Origin: a virus
Length of the DNA: 64,000 nt
Reading direction: 5' to 3' (one strand)
Virus record (IMG/VR): IMGVR_UViG_3300025696_000001
Location: 1-64,000 of that record
In this document: positions 37,674 through 46,319 of the stretch, piece after piece
Layout: each line of letters starts with the position of its first letter
Numbering within the stretch: the first letter of the stretch is position 1
Notes under the pieces: model-generated
Seen by the model: only the letters and a program-made list of their open reading frames with translations
Database searches by the model: none
Told to the model about the DNA's origin: nothing
Position numbers and translations under genes: made by a program

Positions 37674-37809
37674 ATATTTTAATCCACCTCCCACCCGCCA
37701 TTACGCTGTTTAAACAATATAGTTAAAGGGCGTATAAATACACACTTTATAAAATAGATTCTTACTTGTAACCTATGCATCGGTGCCTATACCTGCTATT
37801 GTTGTTTAA

Positions 37810-38058
37810 TTATTCTACTTCTACAATATGTTTTATTAAAGAAATACTACTTACATTATCTTTCATATTGTTTCTATCAATTTTATTAATAGGAATATTA
37901 AAATATACTGTACCTTTACTTGTTTCTGTTTTATAACTAATTGAAGAAACGTCTGTAACTAATAATAAATCATTAGTTCTTTCTGCCATAGGATTTTCTT
38001 TCTTTAATGTTTTTACTGCAATAGCTTTGTAGTTAACTGTTTTTAATATATCATTCAT
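37810..38058 (-). CDS. Hypothetical protein (82 aa)
   Basis: ORF with TAA stop. No motif recognised. Confidence 0.5.
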   Translation of the reverse strand: MNDILKTVNYKAIAVKTLKKENPMAERTNDLLLVTDVSSISYKTETSKGTVYFNIPINKIDRNNMKDNVSSISLIKHIVEVE

Positions 38059-38060
38059 AA

Positions 38061-38222
38061 TTATGACTCTCCGATTTCAAGTATTTGGTTTTCTAATTCA
38101 ATTACCTCATCTTCCATTTCTTCTACTACTGTATCTAAATATTCAAGTTCTTGAATTAATCTTTGATTAGTAATATTTCCATTTTTTACGTCGGTAATTA
38201 TAGCTTTTAATAGCTCTGACAT
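38061..38222 (-). CDS. Small coiled-coil protein (53 aa)
   Basis: MSELLKAIITDVKNGNITNQRLIQELEYLDTVVEEMEDEVIELENQILEIGES. Fills the gap between nrdA and the next gene. Too short to appear in the ORF track. Confidence 0.4.
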   Translation of the reverse strand: MSELLKAIITDVKNGNITNQRLIQELEYLDTVVEEMEDEVIELENQILEIGES

Positions 38223-38244
38223 TTTATTTAAATTTAAATTTTGT

Positions 38245-39891
38245 TTAACTTTCGCATGCTACACATGTATTAATATCTCTTGCAAAACTTTGTGCTGCAC
38301 TTTGACTAAATTGATAATAAAGTGTTTTAACACCTTCTTCCCAAGCATATATGTAGAGCTTATTAACCTCTTTTGCTGAAACAGAAGGATGTATCATCAA
38401 GTTGAGTGACTGACTTTGATCAATGTGTTTTTGTCTTTGTGCTGCTTGTAATACAAGTTCTTTTGGTGATATTTCTATAAATGATTTAAATACTTCTTTA
38501 GTAGGAAAATCTAAGTGTTGTACACTTCCATCATTATCAAGAATGCTTTTCCAAACCTCTGGTGTATCAAGATTGTACTGCTCAAGTTGCTGCCTAAGCA
38601 TTTCATTCTTATATACTGATTTGACTTTAGCAAGATCTTTAATAAAATAATTGGACTTTATTGGTTCGATACCCATACTTACTTGTCCAAGTATATAACT
38701 ACTTGATTTTGTTGGTGCAATAGCCATTACCGTTGTATTGGCATATCCTTCTCGAATAGATTTCATTTCTAGAAAATCATGACACCATTTACTAGCTGCT
38801 TGAGCTTTTTCATTTATAGTTTTAAAAATTATACTATTCCAATATTTAGCCTTCAGACTATCTACTTCTAACAATTCACTTTGTAAAAAAGAATGCCACC
38901 CTAACACACCAAGACCTATAGCCCTGTGGTCCTTTGCAAATCTCCACGCTCTCTTCATACCAGGAAGGTGCTCAGACTTTTTAATAAAGTCTTCTATCAC
39001 GGCGTTAAGGAATTGTATGTAAACTTCTACAGCATCAGTATTCGCAATCTCTTTCCAGTGAAGTAGATTGATACTACCCAAACAACAGACAAAGCTGTTA
39101 TAAGTGTCCTGTGGTAGCTGTATTTCTGAACAAAGGTTGCTAGCTTTAATATCTAGACCAAGCTCTTTGTACGGACTGTTGTTATTGGAATTATCCTTAA
39201 ACATTATATAAGGGAAACCAAAATCTTTACGTTTCTGTATGATTTTAGCCCAAATCTTTCTCTTTCCAGAGTCTCCATCTTTCATGGCATTCATCCACGC
39301 ATCCGTGACTGTGACGCCAAATTGAAGATTTTGAATGGGATTGCCCTCGTCCCCAATTTTAAGGAATTCCATTATATCTGGGTGTTCAACGGGTAAATAG
39401 AGAGCACATGCCCCTCTTCTGGATTCACCCTGCTTACATCTATCGATAATGGTATCGTAGATTTTAGCGTAATGAACAGGACCGTCTGCATAGCCACCTC
39501 CTGATATTACTGAACCTCTTTTTCTTATATTGCCTAAATACATGGATGTACCACCTCCATATTTAGACATCATTCCTATTTCTCTTGCTCCATTTAGGAT
39601 ACTATCCATTGTGTCATCTACATCAGAACCATAACAACTAATAGGCAAAGCCTTTTCATATCCAAAATTACACCATACGGGAGTTGATAGACTATAATAG
39701 CCCAGTGCCATGTAGTTTTCAAACTTTTCAGCTCATCCTTTTATCCCTAAAATCTTTTCTGCGTAATTTCCTATGTCTTTAATCCTCTGTTCTGCTGTGA
39801 TACCGTTTTTAAGATATCCTCTATTTAGGAACTTTCTTGACTCGTCATTAAGCCAATAGTACTTCTCTCTTTTCTTTTTCTCTATTTCCAT
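38245..39891 (-). CDS. nrdA: Ribonucleotide reductase class I large subunit (548 aa), one in-frame TGA
   Basis: NLCSEI active-site Cys, APTKSSSYILG, C-terminal CVAC pair. The N-terminal 60 codons (MEIEKKKREKYYWLNDESRKFL..GIKG[TGA]AEKFENY) join in frame through the TGA at 39733-35. Confidence 0.85.
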
Positions 39892-39955
39892 TAATGTTTT
39901 TTAAACACCTATGGATATTATTTAATGTTAACAATACCCATAAGTGGATATTGTT

Positions 39956-40930
39956 TTAGAAGAGGTCATCTTCTGTAATACTTTCTGATTTCTTGTTATA
40001 ATCAATTGATTTTTTATAAAAGAAATCACCTTCTTTGGTTGATTTAATTTCAACATCAAACCACATTGTAGATTCTAAAGATTGAGTTTGGACCTCAAAT
40101 ACTTCTTTCATACCAATGCTCTGTAGGCTATTGTTAAATCTATTTTTGATAAACTCGGTTATTGTTTCTTTTGATAAAAAACTTAATTCACCTTTCTCAA
40201 ATATCCAATCTAATACTTTACATTCAGCCTCGAAAGCTTTTACACATGCAGATCGTATTAGTTCTTCAAATTCTTCATCAAACCATTCAGGGTTTTCTTT
40301 TTTAATAATATTGATTATATCTATACCAAAATTACCATGTACATCTTCTTCTTTGCTGGTTGCCTCGACTATATTACTCACACCCTTAAATAAGTTAAGT
40401 TCCTTATTGAATGACATCATTATAAGGAATTGACTAAATAAAGATACATGCTCTATAAACAAACTAAATAAAAGGACAGATTTTGTATACATCTTATCAC
40501 TTTTACTTCTGGTTCCAGATAAGTATTTTTCAAGATAGGAAATTCTATCTTTAATTGCTGGTACATCAGTAATTGTTTGAAATTCATCTTCAAGACCCAA
40601 TACTTCGAGTAAATGTTTATAAGCATCAAAGTGCCTAGCTTCACTTTCACTAAAAGTAGCTCCTACAGCTTGAATTTCATATTTAGGTAGACGTTTATAC
40701 AGATCACCCCAAAAAGCCTTTACATTGACTTCTATCTGAGCTATTGCAAGCATGGAACGCTTGATTGCCTCACGTTGACTGTCTGTAACTTTAGTCATGA
40801 AATCAGAAATATCTTCTGTAACATTAAATTCACTATGTATTCAATAAGAATGCCTTATAGCATCCTTATACTTGAGAAGCTCAGGATACTCATAAGGCAA
40901 TACTGATTTACGTTTCTCAAATATATTCAT
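39956..40930 (-). CDS. nrdB: Ribonucleotide reductase class I small subunit (324 aa), one in-frame TGA
   Basis: Di-iron ligands SESEARHF and KEEDVHGNF. Acidic C-terminal tail ITEDDLF. N-terminus MNIFEKRKSVLPYEYPELLKYKDAIRHSY[TGA]IHSEF places the TGA (40841-43) at the conserved FFW-x-x-EE Trp. Confidence 0.85.
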
Positions 40931-41109
40931 TATGATATCATTTCTTCCAATTGGTTCATTCTATCATTTACAGCATCTTTCAGCTTAGAATGTATTTTTG
41001 TATAACGACCATTACTGGTACGAAGATTAACTTCGTATTTTCCAATACTCGTTCCACTCATTCTTTTTGTTACTCCTTTAAATCCTGTATTCGTTCTAAT
41101 TTTATTCAT
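40930..41109 (-). CDS. Small AP2-domain DNA-binding protein (59 aa)
   Basis: TGFKGVTKRMSGTSIGKYEVNLRTSNGRYTKIHSKLKDAVNDR matches the AP2 (GV...KY.a.i..nGk...g.f...eA) pattern seen in phage HEG-associated domains. TAATG overlap with nrdB. Confidence 0.5.
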   Translation of the reverse strand: MNKIRTNTGFKGVTKRMSGTSIGKYEVNLRTSNGRYTKIHSKLKDAVNDRMNQLEEMIS

Positions 41110-41125
41110 TTTCTCTTTTTTTAAT

Positions 41126-41434
41126 TTAGTTTTCTTTTACAAATGCACCATTTACCATAGTACCTTTGCGTTTGTTAATAATATTGTAAGCTCCTTCTAA
41201 ACATTCTAATAAGTTTAATTCTTGCAATTCTGCTTGTAGTATTATTGTTACCAATATATCACCTAGAGCGTCCTTTATTTCCTCTCGGTCGTTACTATTT
41301 ATTGCTGCAAGAAGCTCATTGACTTCTTCTAATGTTTTAATGGCTTGTGCCATTGGTGTTGCTTTTTTAAGGATACCTTTATCTGCTCCTCATTGTACTA
41401 TTAACGGTTGTAATTTACTATAACTATACTCCAT
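41126..41434 (-). CDS. MazG-type nucleoside triphosphate pyrophosphohydrolase (102 aa), one in-frame TGA
   Basis: EEVNELLAAI...DALGDILVTIILQAE core. N-terminus MEYSYSKLQPLIVQ[TGA]GADKGILKKATP joins through the TGA at 41390-92. Confidence 0.7.
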
Positions 41435-41450
41435 ATCTCTCTTTTTGGAT

Positions 41451-42038
41451 TTAGTTTTGTTTGAAAATATCTGACATATTTTCAAGTGTTATATTTGATT
41501 TATCATTAAAATCAAAAGTTTCAGATTCAATGTCTATTGGATCTTTTAGTTCAGAACCTTTGTCTATAGAAACACCTAATTCTTTTTCAAGTTCTTTTCT
41601 TAAATCTTCAGATTTATCGAATACTTGCTTCATTTTTTTTATGTTCTTTCTTATAAACCCAGGAACATGACCAAACATATCAGTCCAATATTGTATTATT
41701 ATTAATTTATAATCTTCTGAAAGCTCTGAATATCTTCCAGCTATAAATCTAGCTATATCTTCAATATATTCTTCTGGTATCTTATATTCATACAATACCT
41801 CATCTTCAACAGAATAAGATTTTAGATAAAGTTCATTATCTGTAAATACACTTTCATTTTTTGAAAAATTTATATCTCTATAATTAAACTTGCATTTTAT
41901 ATAAAATTTACCAATTTTCAAATCTCTACTTGTAAATAAATAGGTATTTGTAATAAAAGATCTATTTCTGTTATCTATATTTATTCATTGACATAATAAT
42001 GGAAGAATATAGCTTTTGCTTTTGTTTACATTTACCAT
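41451..42038 (-). CDS. Hypothetical protein (195 aa), one in-frame TGA
   Basis: The ATG overlaps the upstream stop (ATGGTAA). Its frame is continuous with track ORF 41451..41921 through the TGA at 41985-87. Confidence 0.55.
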
Positions 42039-43333
42039 TCATTACTCTTTTCTGATTTAGTTGATTCAAAAGTAGCTATTGATGATTTAATAGACTTGTT
42101 CTTTAAAGTATTTATTCCTATTTTTCGTTCAAGATCTTTTTGATGTTTTTCCATCATATCTTTATATCTCTTATGAACATTATCTGCATCAGAATACACA
42201 TTAATTGAAGAATCTATCACCTCTTGTGGTACATCTCTTAATTCTTCTTCAAAAGATTTTTCTTTTTCTCCCTTCTTAAGATTTTTAGAAAACTGTTTTA
42301 CAAATGAAAAATGTCTACCATCAAAATAGTTTGCTCTACCTGTTTGAATTGACATTAAACCTCTTTTATAATAATCAATTGGATAATCATATAGATCTTT
42401 TTCTATATGTTCTTGAATTTCTTTTAAATAGTCTTTTATTCCTTTAAAATATCTTTCATCTCTATTATCCCATCCTAACCATGTTGATACAATATCTTTT
42501 CTTTCAACTTTATATAAAACAGGTTCTTCATCCTTGTTTACAATTATAAAAGAAGGTTCAAGTATTGCATAATCTTTTAATTCTGGTTTTTCATCAACAT
42601 AACATTTTAAACCAATTGTATACAGACATGCTTGTATATCATATCTATATTTAAAAAAACTTTTTATAAAATCAGAAGTCTTAAAAGAAGTAAACTTTAG
42701 ATCATTTATCTGAATAGTCTTTTTATTGTGGTTAATATGAATGTTATCAACTACACTTTTAAATTTAAAACCTTCATACTCAAACTCTAAAACAATTTGA
42801 TTGAGATTTTGATATATCTCAATATTTTTATTGTTGAAAAACTTTTCAGTATACTGATTGTTTTTTAATTTATTAGCCATATTGACAATATCAATATAAA
42901 AAGAACTTGTAATAATCTTTTTACCTTTTGATTTAATATTGTCAAGAATAAATAATTTTATGTTATCTATTCTTTCATCTTTGATTGTATTGCTACCACT
43001 TGTCCTATCTGATTTAAATAAACCAGCTTCTACAGCAGTATCATTACATAACTCTACAAACTCTGGACTATTTAATATTTCTTGATTAATTACACCTGCG
43101 GTATTTTTTTCAATTAATTCAAGAAGGGTATTTTCCATTGAAGTAAGTTTTACATCAATATCACTTATATAATATTTTTTGTCAAAATCATCATATATAT
43201 AATCATCAAGAGCTTTTCCTTGAGAAAGTCCTTTACTTGATTTTTTTCTTTCTGTTATAAGTGATTTAGGACCTTCTTCAATAAATCTTAATATAGAGCT
43301 ATATGAATTATAATCCTTATCTTTGTTTAACAT
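42032..43333 (-). CDS. PD-(D/E)XK (RecB/Cas4-like) nuclease
   Basis: VDNIH...INDLKFT (D...D-x-K) followed by YDIQACLY (QxxxY). Confidence 0.55.
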   Translation of the reverse strand: MLNKDKDYNSYSSILRFIEEGPKSLITERKKSSKGLSQGKALDDYIYDDFDKKYYISDIDVKLTSMENTLLELIEKNTAGVINQEILNSPEFVELCNDTAVEAGLFKSDRTSGSNTIKDERIDNIKLFILDNIKSKGKKIITSSFYIDIVNMANKLKNNQYTEKFFNNKNIEIYQNLNQIVLEFEYEGFKFKSVVDNIHINHNKKTIQINDLKFTSFKTSDFIKSFFKYRYDIQACLYTIGLKCYVDEKPELKDYAILEPSFIIVNKDEEPVLYKVERKDIVSTWLGWDNRDERYFKGIKDYLKEIQEHIEKDLYDYPIDYYKRGLMSIQTGRANYFDGRHFSFVKQFSKNLKKGEKEKSFEEELRDVPQEVIDSSINVYSDADNVHKRYKDMMEKHQKDLERKIGINTLKNKSIKSSIATFESTKSEKSNEW

Positions 43334-43354
43334 TTAATTAGTTATTAAATTTTG

Positions 43355-43735
43355 TTAGTAGACTTTTATATAAACTCCAGGTTTATCCTTACTATAAGTA
43401 GAATATTCTCCCTTTATCTTAAAAGGAAAAGGAACCATTTCAGTAATGTTATCATCCTCAAGCCATTCAGCATGAACCATTTCGTCCTGTACTGTCTGTA
43501 TTGGATTTACCCAGTCATATTTATGACGAGTACCTCTTACAAAATGAAAACCTATTTTATATGGTTTCTCTTTTCCTTCTAATAATTCTAAAAATCTATC
43601 TTTATTCTCTTCCCACCATTTAGCGGTGTTTTTCTTTCATACTTTGGTAGCTTTTGATGCTATAAAGTATCTTCCAGTTCATCTACGTCCATTTTTACTG
43701 GATGGACAATTAGATGGGCAAAATAATAATTTCAT
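43355..43735 (-). CDS. RusA-like Holliday junction resolvase (126 aa), two in-frame TGA
   Basis: CPSNCPSSKNGRR[TGA]TGRYFIASKATKV[TGA]KKN...FHFVRGTRHKYDWVNPIQTVQDEMVHAEWLEDDNI parallels the RusA pattern PPSNNRY...R.DlDN..K...D.L....DD. TGAs at 43679-81 and 43637-39. Confidence 0.5.
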
Positions 43736-44092
43736 CTATTTCATTTTTTCTTCGTTTTGTTTGTTATACCATTGTATAAATTCTATTACTGCACCATATA
43801 CAATTTCCAATTTAGATTCTCCTTCTCCAAAAAAACAATAAATTTCTTTATTATTATTTTTATCTAAAATAGTAATAGTTTCTTGTCTAATTGTAATATC
43901 AAATCTATAATCTTCTAAATTTTCAATCTTTTCAACAACTGGTATTAACCAATCCCATGATTTGTGATACATTTCTAATGGCTTATCTCCTACATAAGGA
44001 CCTTTTGGTGTATTATAATCTACTGGATAATGTCCAGACATAGATTCATCCCATCCCATAAAGTTAGCAATAAGTCTATTATTTTCTTTCAT
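43736..44092 (-). CDS. Hypothetical protein (118 aa)
   Basis: ORF with TAG stop directly abutting the next ATG. NFMGW...SWDWLIPVVEKI motif of unknown function. Confidence 0.55.
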   Translation of the reverse strand: MKENNRLIANFMGWDESMSGHYPVDYNTPKGPYVGDKPLEMYHKSWDWLIPVVEKIENLEDYRFDITIRQETITILDKNNNKEIYCFFGEGESKLEIVYGAVIEFIQWYNKQNEEKMK

Positions 44093-44104
44093 TATTTTCT
44101 ATTT

Positions 44105-44803
44105 TTATTCCCATTTAATACAAAATTCTTTTCCATTTTGACCTTCTATTATTTCGTTAACTTGTTTAAAATGTGTACAATTCCAATCTATGTTATTATC
44201 ACAAGCATATGCTGGATGTGGACATGTAAGTTTTTCATAAAAATTCTTTTTTGAGGTTTTTACACTTGAGTTAAATGCATGTTGAGATTTATTTCCCCAC
44301 AAACAAAATATAACTCCTGCATTGTTATCAATAATAAAATTTATTATAAATTTTGTAAAATCATTCCAAATTTCTAAATGACTGTTTACCATACCTTTTT
44401 GTACAGTCAATGCTGTATTATATAAGAATACTCCTTGTCTTACCCAATTTTCAAGTGTAACATCTGGATCTATGAGTGTTGTATCATATTGCGTTTCAAT
44501 ACATTTAAATATCTTGTTTAAAGAAGGTGATAAATTAATAGCATCATCATTGTTAGCAAATGCATAACCGTTTGCATGACCAGTTGTATATGGATCTTGA
44601 CCCAGAATTACAACTTTTATATTCTTGGGATCACTATTTCTAAATATTCTAAAAACATCTTTTTTATTTGGATATATTTCTGACTTATCATAGCTTCTAC
44701 TTAAATTTTTAATAAGATTAACAAAATAGTCAGACTTTACATACTGTGCAAATTCATCAATTTTCATCCATTTTTCTCCAAATATTTCATTATATTTTAT
44801 CAT
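44105..44803 (-). CDS. ung: Uracil-DNA glycosylase, family 1-like
   Basis: VVILGQDPYTTGHANGYAF (GQDPY motif) and CPHPAY (the HPSP-equivalent His loop). Confidence 0.7.
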   Translation of the reverse strand: MIKYNEIFGEKWMKIDEFAQYVKSDYFVNLIKNLSRSYDKSEIYPNKKDVFRIFRNSDPKNIKVVILGQDPYTTGHANGYAFANNDDAINLSPSLNKIFKCIETQYDTTLIDPDVTLENWVRQGVFLYNTALTVQKGMVNSHLEIWNDFTKFIINFIIDNNAGVIFCLWGNKSQHAFNSSVKTSKKNFYEKLTCPHPAYACDNNIDWNCTHFKQVNEIIEGQNGKEFCIKWE

Positions 44804-44807
44804 CTTA

Positions 44808-46304
44808 TTAATTTATATCATTGGTAAATTTAGAATAAAACTTGTGTTCGGTAACACCTTCTGGATCAACCTTGTTAAGATTTTCCATTAATGATTTTCT
44901 TTCAGAATTATATTTTAAATTTGAATTTAGAATACCATCAGTAAATTCTTCATTATCTTTTGCAACCATTTTTATTATGGTTTCAAGGATATTTGATTTA
45001 TTACTTATTGAATTTAAAAAACTACTATCAGTAAACTTTTCAGTATATTGATTTGCTGCAGCAACCATAGCTGCTGAACTAGCTATAAAATGAAATATCT
45101 TAAAGAAATCAAAAGTATTGTTATGCTGTCTAAACTCTACTGTTTGCTTATTGGTAAATATAATGGGAATTATATTAAACCACGCATAACGAGGAGCAAT
45201 ATTCCATTTTCTGTTACCACTTGGATCATTTGGATGTTTTGTTACATTGTCAAGATCATTATCATACATTGAAAAATCATGACCCATTGAAAGATAATTA
45301 AATAAACTGTTAAACAGTGACTTAACACCTGTTCTGGTTGACTTTAGATTCTGATTAAAAACATCCTTGTTGATTGGGGCACTATAATTCTTTGATTTAC
45401 CATATGCAATTGAATCTTTTTTATAATGAGGCTGCATTGCATATATATCATTTTCTACAAGACATGATATGTTGTTCATTGCAAGAATATTATTTGGATC
45501 TCTTTTAAGACCACCCAAATGAATATGCATTGAACATTTAAAATCATATTTGGTTCTGTCTTTTAGCAATTCACATATATCCATTAAATTATAAAGACCC
45601 TTAGCTCCAGACAACGGAATTGTAACATATTCAAGACCCTGAATACTACCATCACGAAGAGGTATTAAACCATGTTTATAACATAATCTTTCAGGTATAT
45701 AACCTGATGAAGTCTCAAATTCAACACCATATGTAATACCGTTCTTTTCAAGAAATTTACCCAGTTCATCTATCATTTTATTACCTCCAGATGGTTTATA
45801 AAATGTATCATATGCCCTTTTGGTCATATCACTGGCAAATCTACTATCATAGATTAAATCATTTTTATTGATTGGAGGTCTCTTTATTGATTTAAATTTT
45901 GCATCGGACATTACATTAGACTCATAAAATGTTCCACTGTTATAATGCTCTTTATAATTATCACCCAAGATTTCTTGATTTATTGCTAAATTATTTAATC
46001 TTGAGCTTAATGAAACATTTACATTTTTTGTTATATTGGAGGTAAAGAACCCCAATATTGGAGTTCCATCTTTTTCAAATCCTACAACACCTCTTCTCAA
46101 AGGAACTTTATTTGTTAGAACATATTCTTTTTTTTCATAGTCATATTCTATAAGTCCATTGTTAAATCTATGATATTTACCATCAACCTTATAACATTCA
46201 CCGCTATCCTTTACTTTTGTGTCACCTATTTTATAAAAAGTATTTTGTATCTTTCTACAGTGGCTTCGTTCTATCATTTCTCCACTATACGTTTTTACTT
46301 TCAT
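44808..46304 (-). CDS. Glutamine-synthetase-fold amidoligase (Amidoligase_2-like)
   Basis: GVEFETSSG, LRDGSIQGLEYVTIPL, CSMHIHLGG and VEFRQHNNT match the phage COOH-NH2 ligase family signature. Confidence 0.65.
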   Translation of the reverse strand: MKVKTYSGEMIERSHCRKIQNTFYKIGDTKVKDSGECYKVDGKYHRFNNGLIEYDYEKKEYVLTNKVPLRRGVVGFEKDGTPILGFFTSNITKNVNVSLSSRLNNLAINQEILGDNYKEHYNSGTFYESNVMSDAKFKSIKRPPINKNDLIYDSRFASDMTKRAYDTFYKPSGGNKMIDELGKFLEKNGITYGVEFETSSGYIPERLCYKHGLIPLRDGSIQGLEYVTIPLSGAKGLYNLMDICELLKDRTKYDFKCSMHIHLGGLKRDPNNILAMNNISCLVENDIYAMQPHYKKDSIAYGKSKNYSAPINKDVFNQNLKSTRTGVKSLFNSLFNYLSMGHDFSMYDNDLDNVTKHPNDPSGNRKWNIAPRYAWFNIIPIIFTNKQTVEFRQHNNTFDFFKIFHFIASSAAMVAAANQYTEKFTDSSFLNSISNKSNILETIIKMVAKDNEEFTDGILNSNLKYNSERKSLMENLNKVDPEGVTEHKFYSKFTNDIN

Positions 46305-46319
46305 TGTTTTATTATTTTT

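Noticed and set aside
37681-37700. A strong Shine-Dalgarno-like GGGAGGTGG before the HAD gene, read as evidence for a Firmicute or Mollicute host.
   Set aside because: This is a single occurrence. Other starts in the window lack SD sequences, and the string lies inside a GC-rich structured element.
35479-43735. In-frame TGAs explained as selenocysteine codons, programmed frameshifts, pseudogenes or sequencing errors.
   Set aside because: The frame is unchanged across every TGA, so no shift is needed. The positions coincide with conserved Trp rather than Cys/Sec. Twelve independent sites in essential genes (RNR, helicases) argue against decay or error. TGA is never used as a terminator.
43352-43841. 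Plus-strand ORFs 43352..43582 and 43626..43841 in the apparent gap at 43.3-43.7 kb.
   Set aside because: The gap is filled by the minus-strand RusA-like gene once its two TGAs are read through. The plus-strand ORFs are hydrophobic noise.
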